A stretch of 64,000 bases of DNA, taken from contig CBFDEM010000057.1 of NCBI GenBank assembly GCA_965603825.1, positions 372,001 through 436,000 on the forward strand. The letters are read 5' to 3'. The notes under the pieces were generated by a model. The model saw nothing but the letters and a program-made list of their open reading frames with translations. It was not told the DNA's origin and searched no databases. Position numbers and translations under genes: made by a program. Each line of letters begins with the position of its first letter. Positions within the stretch are counted from its first letter, which is position 1. Positions 12,157 to 23,264 of the stretch are shown here, piece after piece. Source of the DNA: Blepharisma stoltei ATCC 30299 (Eukaryota > Protista > Ciliophora).

Positions 12157-14229
12157 TTAACAAAGGTTTTTGTTGCAATTAGGGCACAAAGATGCCTTAC
12201 CCTTTTTATTCTTCCATTCCTTTAAACACCTTTTGTGAAATATATGGAGACACCTTGTTATTTCTTGCTTCTTCTTTGATACTTTCTCTAAACAAATTGT
12301 GCAAATTGGCTCTCCATAAAATTCATAGCCCAATTCACCTCCTTCAGCTGGTCTTGAGGCTTCTGATTCTTCATTGCTCGCTATTATTTCACTGTTCAAT
12401 ATCTCTGGATACTGCATTATTCTGGGACTATTATTAACTCTCTGTTGTGAGTTTATTCTTGATGGCAATCTAATTGCATACTGCTGATAAGGGTTTGCCC
12501 CTTGATTCTCTGCATTATTTCCATTAAACGAACTATTTCTTGACTCTCCTCCAGAGTCGTTATTTCCAGGTGATGATAAATTCCTTGACCTTCTGTATAC
12601 AACGCACAAAATAATAGATCCTAATATTCTAAATAAAAATTACAATAGCAGAAAGCTTCCTCCAACAATACCAGCAATTAGTGCTATTTGTGAATTTGTA
12701 ACGCTTACACTTTTATCATCATCGTCATCATCTTTGGTGTAGTTTTTGCAATCATAATTATCATAATGGCATTCGGTTGTATTACACTCTTTGTTGCAAA
12801 CACCATTATATAATAAATCATCAGAGCAACTACATTGTGAGGTACTTGCACAAGCGCCGTAGTCGTAGCTGCAAATTTCTGAGTTACAACCTGAGTCGCA
12901 CTTCCCATTATTTAATAAGGTAGAGTTGCATTTGCAAACGCATGCCCAGTTATCATAGCTGAAATGAGTTGTATTGCACTCTTGATCACAAACAGAGTTA
13001 TCTAATAAAGTACTATTGCACCCAGAGTTTAAGCTTTTACAATCTTCGATGTCAAAAGAGCACTGAGATTTGACACACTGTGATTCACAAATTCCATCAT
13101 CTATCATGGATAAGCTGCAATATTCAGAGCAATATCCATCACTTGACACAGGCTCATCTGTAAAACTGTCCTTAAAAAATTCAGGAAAATATTCCATCCC
13201 TCCAAGAAACTTCACATCATTTATAGTAATTGATGGCGCAAATCACAAATTATTACTTTTTCAACTATTCATCTGGCTTTTAAGTATTTGATTATCTGAA
13301 AAAGCATTATTTTTAGTGGATGACCACGATGCATTATTCAGTATTTGTATATCTTCTGAATTAAAGCCTAGCCACTCTAAGACATAATTGCTGCAAGAAT
13401 CTGAATAATCTGACTTGCAGTACTCGGAAATGACTTTTATATAAGTAAAAAAATCTGCGTATGCATCTCTGTATTGTGCCACATAATCCAGCAGATTGAT
13501 TTCGAAAAGTGTTTGGTTTATCATGCTTCTCCCTGAAGATGCACTCATAGAATCATTTAAGCAATATTTTCCATCAGAGTAGCAGTCATATGCACTGCAA
13601 TTCTTGCAGGAATAATAATTAAAATAAATTTCTATGTTTGCATCATCATGTGACAATGGCATCATATACTTATAGATGTCTGAAAGAAATTTCAAGTCAA
13701 GGACATGATCTCCCGTAAGTTCAATCAAGATTTCAGGCATTTGAGATTGACTAACTGTAGAAAAAAATTTAAGCTGAATTTTATAGTCCCCATAGTATTT
13801 TCAGGTGAATGTAGAAGTGTATGATGCCATTACAGCAAAAATTTCAATGTCATTATTCCATCCATCTGGCAAGGAAATTACTTTGCCTTGCACTTGATAG
13901 TTGCTGGAGGTGCTGTTAAATATAACACCTCCGCCGCCACAAAGCTGAATTTCATAAACGACTTGGGCATAGCTGCATGCTAAATTTGTGTTAGGTATAA
14001 ATACAATAGTGTCTAAATCAAACTCCAAAGTTAGCTCAGAGCATGGATCTTGACTATCTGGCAAAAAAACAACGTATCCTGTAAAAGTATCATTAAAGTA
14101 AGGATTCCCAAAATTAGCAGTGACTGATGGGACAATTTGATTTGGATAAAAATTAGCCAGTTGGCTTGGTTGCTGTATTTGTAATGTGCAAAAGACCGCA
14201 TCAATTAGAAAAATAAAAAATTGTATCAT
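12157..14229 (-). CDS. VSR-like - 4x LNR - TM - RING-H2, paralog C (about 685 aa, one intron)
   Basis: Colinear with paralogs A and B. RING-H2 CTICLE..CLHIFHKRCLKEW..CPNC. Confidence 0.85.
12629..12643 (-). other. 15-nt intron GTAATTTTTATTTAG
   Basis: Identical in sequence to the paralog A intron and at the same TM position; removes an in-frame TAA. Confidence 0.9.
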
Positions 14230-14533
14230 ATTTATATGTGCATTCTCAAATTTTTAATGTTTTATGCTAAAGTTGCAATTTTTCAATTATTAATATTATT
14301 CTCAATTTTTATATTGATTTTTGGATATTTTACTTTCTAACCGAAAGACTCTTTAATTAATGATTCCCAGTCTTTGATATAGAAATTCATGCTTTCCAAA
14401 AAATGAAACGAATGATCATGACGTCTTCATTTCTCTAAGGAAGTTTACTCCATTATTTGCTAAAATTCTATTGGGATATTTATCTCAATGTTGGAATTAC
14501 TATAAATTCCTATTACCTTTCACAATTTAGAAA

Positions 14534-15106
14534 ATGAACTCAGAAGAAGAGAATAAAGAAGAGAAAGACATTGAAGATGAAGGAATCCATGAAATAAGGA
14601 CAATTTCATATATTTTATCAAACGGAAATCGCTATGAAGGCGGATTTGTGCATGGGAGCAAGAATGGAAAAGGGAAATATTATTGGAGTAACGGCGATTT
14701 CTATGAAGGAGATTACGAAAATGGACTTAAGCATGGTTTTGGCATTTTTTCATATGCGGACGGGTCCAGGTATGAAGGAGAATATTTTAAAGACGATAAG
14801 TGCGGGCAGGGCAAATTTTATTATAAGAACGGAGATTCTTATGAAGGAGAATTCAAAAATAACTTAAGGGATGGATATGGGGTTTATAAAATGGTGTCAG
14901 GGAGCATATATGAGGGATACTATAAAGACGGAATTGCTGAAGGGCAAGGAAAATATATATTCTCAGATGGTACAGTTTTTGAAGGGGTTTATGTAAAAAA
15001 TGAAAGAGAAGGAAAAGGAATTCTAACGAAGCCAAATGGTGAAAAGTATCAAGGGACTTGGAAAAATGGGAAAAGAATCAGCAAGCTCGTTGCTTTGCCG
15101 AAATAG
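14534..15106 (+). CDS. MORN-repeat protein
   Basis: About 7 repeats of YEG.F..G.K.G.G.Y...NG. Confidence 0.9.
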   Translation: MNSEEENKEEKDIEDEGIHEIRTISYILSNGNRYEGGFVHGSKNGKGKYYWSNGDFYEGDYENGLKHGFGIFSYADGSRYEGEYFKDDKCGQGKFYYKNGDSYEGEFKNNLRDGYGVYKMVSGSIYEGYYKDGIAEGQGKYIFSDGTVFEGVYVKNEREGKGILTKPNGEKYQGTWKNGKRISKLVALPK

Positions 15107-15187
15107 TTAAATAAATATGTCAAATAAAAACACAAAGGACTAAAATTATTAAACTTTTAAAAATCAATATAAATTATATTTTAGCTG

Positions 15188-16288
15188 ATGAATATGGAAA
15201 AAGATAAGAAAGGTCAAAAGCCTCGCCAAACGGAAGAGCGGAAAGGCTTCTATTCAAATCAAAGCAACGATGCTATAATAAATTTGCAAAATATAGAATC
15301 ATCAAATAACTCAGGAGAGGAGCTTCGAAGAGGCATAGATAGATGCTCCAAGCCTGCAAATATGCAACCTAAAGGAGGTTATAACTCTATGAATAATTTC
15401 TATCAGCCTACCTCTCATACTCCAGCAGTTATTGAAGCTAATGAGCATATTCATTCTAAGTCTTTAGAATATAAAGAATACCCTGTGTTTCCTATCAGTC
15501 AAAATTGGGATGATTATCCGGAAACAATTAGCAAAAACTGAATCCAGCTTGAAAAGATGAAAGAAATTGCAAAATTTAACCCTAATTTTAGGAAAAATAT
15601 CGATTTTATTAGATCAAAGGGTTTTGCTGGCTGGAAAAAAAGCAGAGGTGATGGAAATTGCTATTTTCGTGCAGTTATGGTTAGATTCTTGGAGTTTCTT
15701 TTCAAAGTTTCAACTCCAATATACTATACTTTAAGATTCCTTAATACTATTAAAAAGCATACAGAAATATTTCTTAAATCAGGACTATGTGTGTCTGAGC
15801 AATTTATACGTGAAAAAGAAAACCTTGATCGGTGAATTAATTATTATTTAGAGATAAAACAAAAAGACCCTGTAAGTGCTTTCCTCAGTTTAATTTTTTT
15901 CACTCAAAATTTGGAGTTTGATAAGGCATTTATACACACTGCAAGACTAATAACAGCATCTTTTCTGCTTTCCCAAGATGAAAGAATTTCAATGTTTTTT
16001 GACGAATCTCTGAATTCCCAAATCAGCAAAATCCTAACAATGGGCGAAGAAGCTGAAGGACTCGCGCTATTAGCACTTCCTTTATCTTTGGAGATTAAAG
16101 TTGTCCAGTATAATTTATTTGATACTGCTGTCAACGTCCTCGAGTTCCCAGATGATAGCCCAGGAAACTTCGAAGTCTCAATTATTAGAAGAGGAGGCCA
16201 TTATGATATTCTATATAAAATACAAGAATTAGAAGATGAACAATATAATTTTGAAACAGCATGCTACAATTTCCCTCTTAATTCTTAA
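15188..16288 (+). CDS. Otubain-type OTU deubiquitinase (peptidase C65), 366 aa
   Basis: Catalytic RGDGNCYFRA and RRGGHYDILY. Three track ORFs join via TGA=W. Confidence 0.85.
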
Positions 16289-18123
16289 ATTATTATGCAC
16301 TTGCACCTCATATTCCCTTCTATTTGTTCTTCATGCCTTTTCTTTTTAGTGTCGTTTTTTGATAAAATTCTTTTTAAGTCCCCAATTTCTTTTTGATCGT
16401 CAGATCCTACGTTTTCGCAAAATACTGAGCGAAGTAGGGCATCAGCTTTGATTCCGTATACAAAATCGTTAAAACTGACAACACCGTTGCATTTGTCAAC
16501 TAGTCTCATCATTCGGCTTCAGACTTCATCAATCATTGTTTTGAGCTCTTGAGAATCTGTTTTGGCGAGCTCATTTGCATAGGGTCTCAAAAGATTTTCA
16601 AGCAAACTTTGGACTTCAGGTCTTTGCAAGTAGCCAGAATGGTCAGCGTCGTAAGCACCAAAACAAACACGAAGCTTGTCTTCAAAATTGCCTTTTGACA
16701 GAATAGATAAACAAATGGTCAGTTCTCTGAAATCCAAATACCCAGATTTGTCTTCATCAAATTGATCAAACATCACTTCTGCGCTGCTCGCAAGTCCTGG
16801 GGACAATTTTTGGATAATTTCTAAAAATTCTGGCTTTGAAAAACCAACTTCTCCTTCTTCTTTATTTTCTTCTACTTGCTTGCTAATGTTTTGAGGCAAA
16901 TATACAGTTTTCCTTTTCACTAAGCCAGCTGGAGCTGGTTGTTCTTTTGGTTTGTTTTTCTTTTTTTCTTGCATAACTCTGTTAAACTCTTCTTGAAGCT
17001 GCTTGATTTCAGCTTCCGAAAAATTTGAGCATTTTTCAAGCCTTTTTACTATAAGTCTCTCACAGGTTTTCCATTGTTGGGCTCTATAGTCTCTAGCCTC
17101 TCCTCTTAGCCTATTAACTCTTGTTTCAGTTATTTCAACGGAAAATTCTCGATAGAAATCAGGGAGTCTTTCTGAAACAACGGAATCAGAAAAATTTTTT
17201 AAAATTTTGATGGGGTGCTCACCTTTGTCAATTAGGTCGACCGAGATACCGACTAAGCATGTTACACCTTTTATTAAGGCTAAAGAGCCTTCTAATGCTA
17301 GTTTATCCCATAAGAAAATGGTACTGTCCAAGTCAACTGTGTTGACAAAAAGCTGCACTAAGAGTTGCAAGGAGAAAAAATCAGAAAACTCGCTGGAAGT
17401 TAAGTTGTTGTTTTTCATAGATGGAATTAAATGGTCTAGTAGCCCTGCAATTACAGTCGATTCAATATAAAAACCATTTAGTGAGTTACCATGCTTGCTC
17501 CCGATATAAAAATCTGGTAAAAGCCACTTTTCTATCAAATAGCAAAGCATCCAAAATGCATTATTGTGGTCTAAAAATAGCAGAAGCCACGTGCATACAT
17601 AATTCAGTCCTTGACAATACCCAATATTCCCATTCCTTCCACAATATGCTCTGAGGACTCTTGACAAATCATTTTTATAGTTTTCGCCAATAACCCGTAG
17701 CAGTGTTTCATGAAGATCAAAAATAAACGTCTCAGGATCTGTCCTTCCTGTCATTATATCTTTTCTGATACCTTCTTCATCATCAGGAGAAATTTCCACT
17801 GATGCATAAGTATCGATATTGCCTTCATGAGAGTTCATATAGTCCCAGGCTCCAGAACTTCTCATCCATGATTCCCCTCTTGAGGTGTTATGACACCACA
17901 TAATAGAATCTCTGCTGATTATTTTTCCTATGGTTGAAATTCTTACGTAACACTTTTGGCATACTTCATGCTGGCCTCTTCCTTCTTGACAAGAAAATAG
18001 CTCAATTGTTTGATTCACACAGTTGGAACAATAATTATTCCTGCAGCGTTTGCAGAGAGCTGATGCCTCGTTCTCATTGCAGATCGAACAAGGAAGTTCT
18101 TCGTACTCTGAAACTTGTTCCAT
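16285..18123 (-). CDS. Zn-finger (FYVE-like) - TBC RabGAP - EF-hand protein with C-terminal CaaX (612 aa)
   Basis: CxxC..CKRCRNNYCSNC..EVCQKCY; TBC motifs IRKDIMTGRT and YCQGLN; EF-hands DEDKSGYLDFRE and DADHSGYLQRPE; ends CKCIII. Confidence 0.85.
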
Positions 18124-18228
18124 TTATAATTCAACAAAAATTAATAAGAATTCGCTGCTTAAAATTTGAAAAATCTGAAAAATTAAAAATTACGTGCTCT
18201 CTAGTTTAGCCGTTTGGCTTAGTCCAGA

Positions 18229-19836
18229 TTAATTTAGCTCATAATTGAGAATTATGCCTTCAAACTCTAATGGACTAATATCATTAGCCATTGAGTAAAG
18301 GATTCTTTCTTCGGGGCTTGAATCTAAAGGAAAGCCAGCCTTATGAGCATGTTTTTCTATCATACAATCTTCTGATGTTTTTTTCTCGAGATTGTCTCTG
18401 CTTGGATATACCTCAGATTCATTATACAGAATTTTTTCAGCTTCTTCTGGGCTCACTTTTTTGCAAAATTCTAATTTTGTTTCAGTCAATATTTTTTCAA
18501 TTTCATTTTGTGTACTCTTTAAAAATACTCTTTGAATCAGCTTGAAATCTTTATTTGTTTTTTGCAGAAATTCAACTGGTTTTAAATTTACTAAATTTTG
18601 ATAATATTTTGACGTTTCTAAAATAATTTTTTCATGCAAGAGCTCATACAAACCATCAGAATAAAATTGTGAATGATTGATGAAATGGACACTTAATTCA
18701 TTTATACTCATATCTACTATTGATTGAACGATTTTCACTAGTAAATATGTAAATTCTTGGCTCATATCCTTTTCCCTTGACAGTTCTATCAAGATTAAGG
18801 CTTCTTCAACTAGTCGATCTTTAAATTTATCGAAAACTTTGCGCCTCCATTGTAAAGCCATAAGTCTCATAATAGAAAATTGAGGACCATTAGGAGATAT
18901 TTCTGCTTTTTTTTTGAAAACTTTGTTAAAAGCTTCATTAAAAGACATATACATCGCATTCAATTCTTTCATAGATGCGCAAAATGCGTTTCACTAGATA
19001 GAATTTACCTTAATTATGTATTGATTACACTGTTCAGCCAGATCACAATAGTCCAAAATTGATGCCAATGCAATTTGGCAGTATTTAGAAATTGTGCATT
19101 TGATTGCACGATGCAGCTTGAGGACTACAGGTTTTGCGTTTTTTAATGGAAAAGTGAAATAAATATTCATTAATTCACTTTCTTGATCAATCGATACAGC
19201 TGTAGACTTAGATGACAGTGCTCCTATGCTCATTTTCCTCAGAACAATCTCACTTTTAGCTCGCAAATTTCATTTCGCAATAATAAGTTGGCTAATTTCT
19301 ACTTGAGTAGCAAACTAAATTTCTCTTACCTCTACTTCTAAGTTCTTATGATTTTTGAATAATTCAAAAATGACTGATTCCGTTAATGCATTCGTTGATA
19401 ATCTCAAAGAAGGTCCAGATTCTTGATATGCCAGCATTTCCTGGAATAAAGTTGAATAGATTTTTTTATCTCTTCTAAGGACTGGAAACGGGATATCTGG
19501 CTCCTTTAGGATATTTATAAATTCAGAAAATAGGTTTGTTGCATCTTTACTTTTATTGGGAAAGTCAATGCAGAGTCAGTTTTGTTTTGAATTTAGAAAA
19601 TCTAAAAGATTTTGCTTTCAGTCAGTGGAGCCAATTGAGAAATGGGAACTTCCACTTTGATCTAAAGGTCTGCCATAAAAAATTAAATTACCAGTTGCAA
19701 TCCTCAGTGCTTCGCGCCTTCATGTAGATGAAGCTTTGCTCACGCGATTGAAAAGTTTACTGACTTTAGCACACATGCTGAGGTCAATATATGATAAATA
19801 TGAAAAGATCTCAGATAGAATGTTCAAGGATTTCAT
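18229..19836 (-). CDS. F-box - cullin N-terminal-repeat-like fusion protein (about 525 aa, two introns)
   Basis: N-terminal F-box LNILSEIFSYLSYIDLSMCAKVSKLFNRVS..T(W)RR. The central region matches cullin repeats 1-2: QYIIK(W)NAF..MKELNAMY..N..SIMRLMALQWRRKVF..LILIELSRE..IVQSIVDMSIN..IILETSKYY. Confidence 0.7.
18994..19008 (-). other. 15-nt intron GTAAATTCTATCTAG
   Basis: Removes an in-frame TAG and joins IIK|W(TGA)NAF, matching the cullin 'W..Y' helix. Confidence 0.85.
19315..19329 (-). other. 15-nt intron GTAAGAGAAATTTAG
   Basis: Removes an in-frame TAG and links the F-box exon to the downstream exon; A at position 10. Confidence 0.8.
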
Positions 19837-20101
19837 AAAACGTGATTCTGTTATATTAGTATAGATGGAACATTATATGATCTCTAAAAATGGCGATTTA
19901 TTAAGGTTTAATAAAAATATTGAGCCTTTTTAGCATTCAGGAAATAATATAATCAGTGGTGATTCTTAGATTGAAAATTATTAAATAAATATAAAATAGA
20001 AAAATCTTGAAAAATCTGCTAAAGTATGCAGGGATTATTTAAAATGTTATTTGATTAAAGATTCAAAGGGACCAAACTGTATGACTATTATTTGAATAAT
20101 T

Positions 20102-21301
20102 TTAAATAGACAGCAATGCTTTTCTTGCTGAGTCCATGATATAAAAACTTCCACACACTAAGAGAATTTCATCATCTGTCATATCTCTTATGGCTTCACC
20201 CATAACAGCATCGATGTGCCCTGAAATACTTATCTTATCTCTATTCAAACCTAAAGCATTATTTTTCAAAATTTCTGAGTCAAATAGAAGAGGATCATCA
20301 TTGGAGACTAAATGAATTTTATAAGCATATTTGCATATCACATCTAATATCTTTGTAGGATCTCTTGATATTCCATAAGCTAAGATAACTCTAATATTTT
20401 TATTTCTGCATATTCTCTGTAAATCATTGAAAAGCCTTTCAAAAGCCATTGGATTGTGCGCAACATCAAAAACAACTTTTCGTCCTAAAATCACTTTTTC
20501 CTCCATTCTAAAAGGAGGCCTGGATTTTATCCCATTCTCAATAGCTTGGTCAGGGATTGAAACTCCTTTATTTTTAAGGGCTTCAATTACTGTCTTTGTG
20601 ATTCTGCTATTTTCCTCAATTGCAGTCTCATAGCTATCTCTTTTATCCACAACAATTAGCTCAGATGCTTTCTCCTCAGCAATCTTACGTAATAGATCTA
20701 TAGGAGTATTCGGCCCAATAACGCAAGGCTTTCCTGGTTTTATCACCCCTGATTTTTCAATTGCAATATCTTCAATTGTGTTTCCAAAATATTCGCAATG
20801 ATCCAGTCCAACTGAAGTAATAACAGATACTTCAGGATTGACAATATTGGTAAAATCACTAGTCCCTCCACTCCCAACTTCTATAACTGCAAAGTCAACA
20901 TTGTTGTCGTGAAAATATTTGAATCCTAAGCATGCCACTATAAGCGAATAATTCATCATAAGTTTCTCATCTTCTATAATTGCTTTTATTATTGGCGTGT
21001 TTTCAACTATGTACTCTTTTGGTGCTTTTTCAGCATTTATTTGAAATCTCTCACAAAAATCAAATAAATGAGGAGACATCATAAGACCAGTTTTATACCC
21101 AGAATGATGCAAAATTGATGCACATTGAGTAGCCACAGTGCCTTTTCCGTTTGTCCCTGTTATGTGTATAGTTTTAAATGGGAGATGAGGATTCTGCAGC
21201 TTTTTACAGACTTTTGTAATATTTTCCATAGGATTTCGACATCTAGTTCTTTTCAAACTATAAAGAAAATCGAGCCATTTTTCATAGCTTTGCACAGACA
21301 T
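20102..21301 (-). CDS. folC: Folylpolyglutamate/dihydrofolate synthase
   Basis: IHITGTNGKGT, SPHL..ERFQIN, AVIEVGSGG, ITSVGLDH, IAIEKSGVIK, DVAHNP, CGSFY. Confidence 0.93.
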   Translation of the reverse strand: MSVQSYEKWLDFLYSLKRTRCRNPMENITKVCKKLQNPHLPFKTIHITGTNGKGTVATQCASILHHSGYKTGLMMSPHLFDFCERFQINAEKAPKEYIVENTPIIKAIIEDEKLMMNYSLIVACLGFKYFHDNNVDFAVIEVGSGGTSDFTNIVNPEVSVITSVGLDHCEYFGNTIEDIAIEKSGVIKPGKPCVIGPNTPIDLLRKIAEEKASELIVVDKRDSYETAIEENSRITKTVIEALKNKGVSIPDQAIENGIKSRPPFRMEEKVILGRKVVFDVAHNPMAFERLFNDLQRICRNKNIRVILAYGISRDPTKILDVICKYAYKIHLVSNDDPLLFDSEILKNNALGLNRDKISISGHIDAVMGEAIRDMTDDEILLVCGSFYIMDSARKALLSI

Positions 21302-21304
21302 TAT

Positions 21305-22093
21305 TTAAGATTTATTTAAATTTGTTTGAGAATAATAAAAATGCTGCAGAGAAGCATAGTTTGGATATTGCACATTATGCGGCTGATATCTCAATGCAAT
21401 ATTCCTGAAGTATTCTTGAGGAGGAACTTTGCTGTCTTGATACATAAATCTCAATAGATCGCGTGCTATTCCTTGAGCTGTCTCATTTATAAATCTATCA
21501 AACGGAATCCAGCAAGTGTCAATCACTTCGACTTTATCTTCTTTTATCTCGAAATTCAAAGGTTCGAGATATACTAGAAAATAAATGTCAGGTTGGCCGA
21601 ATTGAAACTTCAGCACCTCTCTGAATCCAAGCACACCAATTGCTCTGGTATCGATTCCTGTTTCTTCTTTAACTTCTCTGACAACTCCTTCCATTATTGT
21701 TTCATTTGATTCTACCAATCCTCCAGGAACTCTTCATAATGGCTTTCCAAATTTATCATAAGTGTTCTTTAGTCCTAGCATCTCATTCTGATTTCTGAAA
21801 ATTATTCCGCCAGCTCCTATATAATGGCTTGAATATCCAGGCAGCTTATTTTCTGAGTCTAGCAGCCATTTAGCCATCATAATTCCATTTTCTGATACGT
21901 GATGAGGGTAGAAACCTTTGTCCTTGCAAACTTTTACAAATTCTAATTGCGAATTCGGGATCTCTATTCATACAGCTTTCGTGTCTTTTTTCCAAATATC
22001 TAATGAAGCTTCTAGAACTGCTGGGAAATTTGGAGGTAGCAAAGTTTTGGCGACATGAAAACAGTTGTAAAGGTCTTTTATACCTTGGAGCAT
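21305..22093 (-). CDS. NUDT6/AtNUDT2-like Nudix hydrolase, paralog 1 (262 aa)
   Basis: N-terminal domain AV(W)IEIP..GFYPHH..MAKWL..LPGYSSHYIGAGG; Nudix box (W)RVPGG..E....GVVREVKEETGI. Confidence 0.9.
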
Positions 22094-22123
22094 TTTTATT
22101 AAAATTATAGACGGATTAACAAA

Positions 22124-22915
22124 TTAAAATGTATTAAAAGGTAAATGCAAGGATATCGTTTTTGTAAAGTTTGGAGTTTCATATTCATATTCTTGATTTT
22201 TTAAAGCTATTTTTCTAAAAAGCTCTTTAGGACTTTCTTGAGAATCTCCGTAAAGCCTTGCTAGCATATTTCTACCTTCTCCTATTGGTGTTTCTCTTAG
22301 CCACTCTTCAAAAGGCTTCCAGCATATCTGAGTTAACTCTTCAGTGTCTTGTAAGAGTTCAACGTTTTCTGCATCTAGCAAGGCAATAAAATATGTGTCA
22401 GGTTTATTGAAGATGTAATTTCTGATTTCTCTGAAGCATAAAATCCCTATAGGTGTTGCATTGATGCCTACTTCTTCTTTGACTTCACGACATGCAGCTT
22501 CTAAAATCATTTCGTTAGCATTAACAAGACCTCCTGGGAGCTTTCATTGGCCGATTCCAGAATTATCAAACATTTCCCTCACAAGCAAAATGTTTCCTTC
22601 ATTGTTGAAAATTACTCCACCTACGCCAATATAATGACTTGAGTAGTTTGGAAGCTTATTTTGGGTATTTGCAAGTCATTTAGCGGTGACAAGACCGTTT
22701 TCAGAGACATGATGCAGGTAGAATCCTTTATGTTTGCAAATCGAGACTAATTCTAATTGTGAGCTTGGGATTTCTAATCATACTCCTCGAATTCCATCAC
22801 TTTGCCATGATATCAGAGAATTCTCTAAAACTAATTCAAAATTAGAGGGAAGGGTAATATCAGTTATGTGAATGCATCTATACAGATCTATTTTCCCTTG
22901 TAATATTTCAGTCAT
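22124..22915 (-). CDS. NUDT6-like Nudix hydrolase, paralog 2 (263 aa)
   Basis: Q(W)KLPGGLV..EMILEAACREVKEEVGI; colinear with paralog 3. Confidence 0.9.
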
Positions 22916-23264
22916 TGTTTTCTAATTATAATATCTTTCATATTCTGCATGTTAAAATATTACAGCATGTGAAAAATTCAATACTTATGCTATCCATAGA
23001 GAAAATGCTATTTATAAACAGCTCTGAGAATTATTAGAAATATTTATATTAAAAATCTGTACAGAAATCAAAAAAACAGACAAAATGACTTAGATGATGA
23101 TTATTATTTTGCAATGAGAGCTTGAGAAAAATAAGATTATGGATGATCTTAGGTGGGTTTTTAAATATATTGAAAGTATGAAATCAACACATAGTAATTT
23201 CTGAAGGAAATTGAATTTTTAATTTAAAGAGTCTAAGTAACTTTAATGTCGATTTAATTTTATG

